From positions 112,690 through 176,689 of the forward strand of contig CAMNSU010000001.1 in the NCBI GenBank assembly GCA_946555455.1: a stretch of 64,000 nt of DNA, in the 5' to 3' direction. Within the stretch, counting starts at the first letter, position 1. Every line of letters begins with the position of its first letter. The notes below the pieces were generated by a model, which did no database searches, was not told the origin of the DNA, and saw only the letters and a program-made list of their open reading frames with translations. Both the position numbers and the translations under genes were made by a program. The stretch comes from an uncultured Clostridia bacterium. GTDB lineage: Bacteria > Bacillota > Clostridia > RUG12999. This document shows, in pieces, positions 62,255 through 64,000 of the stretch.

Positions 62255-62334
62255 CTTTTTGTTTGTTTTACCTTACTTTTTGTTTGTTTTTTTACGAATT
62301 GTATCTTGTGTTCCACTGCCTTTTTTTATATAAT
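62255..62334 (+). promoter_or_regulatory. Fucosidase promoter with 21-bp-spaced direct repeats
   Basis: CTTTTTGTTTGTTTT at 62255 and 62276; TTGTATCTTG at 62299; TTGTGT-17-TATAAT. Confidence 0.65.
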
Positions 62335-62390
62335 GAATTTTGTAATTAAATCTACGGAAACATCCGTTGATTTTTAGGAGGAAATATTTT

Positions 62391-63998
62391 ATGAAACAAA
62401 TTGATGAGCAACAAGCGGCTGCCAAAGCTGCCGCAGCGGGATTTTGGGCAAAATCCATGCAATCGCTGGACGACCGCCTTGCTTGGTGGCGTGATGCACG
62501 CTTCGGCATGTTTATCCACTGGGGCGTTTATTCCATTGCCGGCGGGCTTTGGAAAGATTGTCCGCCGGTCGGTTATGGCGAACATTTAATGCGCGCCTGC
62601 AAAATTCCCAAATCCGAGTATGTGGAAGAATTGGTGAAACCTTTTGACGCCTGCTGCTTTGACGCAGATGCATGGGCGGACGCCGCCGTGCAGGCAGGCA
62701 TGAAATATATGATTGTCACCGCGAAACACCATGACGGTTTTGCAATGTATCCCTCAGACGTCTATCCTTATGACATTCGCATGACAAAGTGCAAAGTCGA
62801 CCCCATGGCGCTGCTGAAAGACGCCTGTGCGAAACGCGGACTGAAATTCGGCTTCTACTATTCCCACGCCTTTGATTGGGAACATCCCGACGCGCCCGGC
62901 AACGACTGGGAATATGACAATCCGGGCGGTGACAAAAATTTGCACGCCAATCCGGGTGAACTCTGGTTCACCTCTCAGCCGGAACGGATTGCCAAGGCGG
63001 CGCGGTACGTTGACGAAAAGGCGATTCCGCAGATTCTGGAACTGATTCAAAGCTATCATCCCGATTTGCTGTGGTTTGATACGCCGCACAAGCTGCCGCC
63101 CTCGGAAAATCTGCGTATTTTAAAGGCGATTCGTGAGGCAGACGATAACATTATCGTCAACAGCCGTATCATCAATTGCCCTGACAAATCCTACCGTTCT
63201 TTTGCGGACTATCTCAACACGGCAGACCGCCCCGCGGAGTTGTTCCCCACCATTGGCGACTGGGAGGCAATTCCCACCACCAACGAATCCTATGGCTATT
63301 CCAAATTTGACCATTCCCATAAACCCGCGTCCCACTTTATTCGTCTGCTTGCTAAAATTGCCGCGCGCGGCGGCAATATGTTGATGAATATCGGTCCCAA
63401 AGGCGACGGCGCTTTCGACGCACCCGACGCCGCTATTTTGCGCGGTATCGGCGAGTGGCTGAAACAAAACGGCGAAAGTATCTATGCGACGCGGCGTTCC
63501 CCTTTGTTCTCTCAGGCTTGGGGCGAAACAACACTGCGCGGCAACACGTTGTATTTACATATTTTTGATGTTCCCGAAACCCGAAAACTGATTCTGGGCG
63601 GATTCGGCAACACGATTAAAAGTGCGCATCTGCTGACGGACGGGCGCGAGATTCCGGTGCAGCGGCTGAACTACTATGACCACGAATTTCTGCTGCCGGA
63701 AGGTGAACTAAATGCGGCGGATACCGTTGTGAAAGTGGAATTTGCAGGAGAAATCGTTGCCAAACCGGATTTTTTCCTGCCGGCAGACCGCCCCTTCCAT
63801 TTACGTTCTTTTGACGCGGCTATCAGCGCAGGACTGCGCTATGGCGACGGCAAAACCAACAGAGACTACGTTTTCCATTGGACAGATACCGCGCAGTTCG
63901 TGACATGGAATATCCGACTGCCACAGGCAATGCGCGTGAAAATTGATGTTTCCTATCTTGCCCTGCATACGCCGGGCGTCAGTGGAACTGCTGATATG
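62391..63998 (+). CDS. Alpha-L-fucosidase (GH29), runs off the window edge
   Basis: Not in the ORF track; ATG at 62391 after AGGAGG; WWRDARFGMFIHWGVYS, AGMKYMIVTAKHHDGF, LLWFD, GGNMLMNIGP; no signal peptide. Confidence 0.92.
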   Translation, partial: MKQIDEQQAAAKAAAAGFWAKSMQSLDDRLAWWRDARFGMFIHWGVYSIAGGLWKDCPPVGYGEHLMRACKIPKSEYVEELVKPFDACCFDADAWADAAVQAGMKYMIVTAKHHDGFAMYPSDVYPYDIRMTKCKVDPMALLKDACAKRGLKFGFYYSHAFDWEHPDAPGNDWEYDNPGGDKNLHANPGELWFTSQPERIAKAARYVDEKAIPQILELIQSYHPDLLWFDTPHKLPPSENLRILKAIREADDNIIVNSRIINCPDKSYRSFADYLNTADRPAELFPTIGDWEAIPTTNESYGYSKFDHSHKPASHFIRLLAKIAARGGNMLMNIGPKGDGAFDAPDAAILRGIGEWLKQNGESIYATRRSPLFSQAWGETTLRGNTLYLHIFDVPETRKLILGGFGNTIKSAHLLTDGREIPVQRLNYYDHEFLLPEGELNAADTVVKVEFAGEIVAKPDFFLPADRPFHLRSFDAAISAGLRYGDGKTNRDYVFHWTDTAQFVTWNIRLPQAMRVKIDVSYLALHTPGVSGTADM

Positions 63999-64000
63999 AC

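Overview
Chromosomal window from a Clostridia-type Firmicute (an SLH-rich gut lineage, possibly Monoglobus-like; this is inference). Almost all genes lie on the minus strand. The left end has a glycan locus (PL8 lyase fragment, sugar-binding lipoprotein, membrane-spanning AraC regulator) interrupted by GGDEF and GNAT genes, then the probable major S-layer gene. The middle is housekeeping: pyrG, THF riboswitch-folT, dprA-topA-trmFO, a TrmH-family methylase, ktrBA, L20 leader-infC-rpmI-rplT, a noc-like gene, copA-csoR and mnmG. A small accessory block follows. The right third is a ~17 kb surface glycan-utilisation operon: a binding lipoprotein with no permease, two non-catalytic CBM32/Ig/SLH proteins, a full-length paralog of the S-layer protein and an SLH-anchored heparinase II/III-like lyase. 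It is preceded by a second membrane AraC and a divergent GH29 fucosidase. Also seen: a dispersed ~30-bp CTAG-bounded repeat, a shared candidate AraC operator, a WalR-type box at the S-layer promoter and three candidate structured RNAs. All calls rest on motif recognition by eye; no searches were run.
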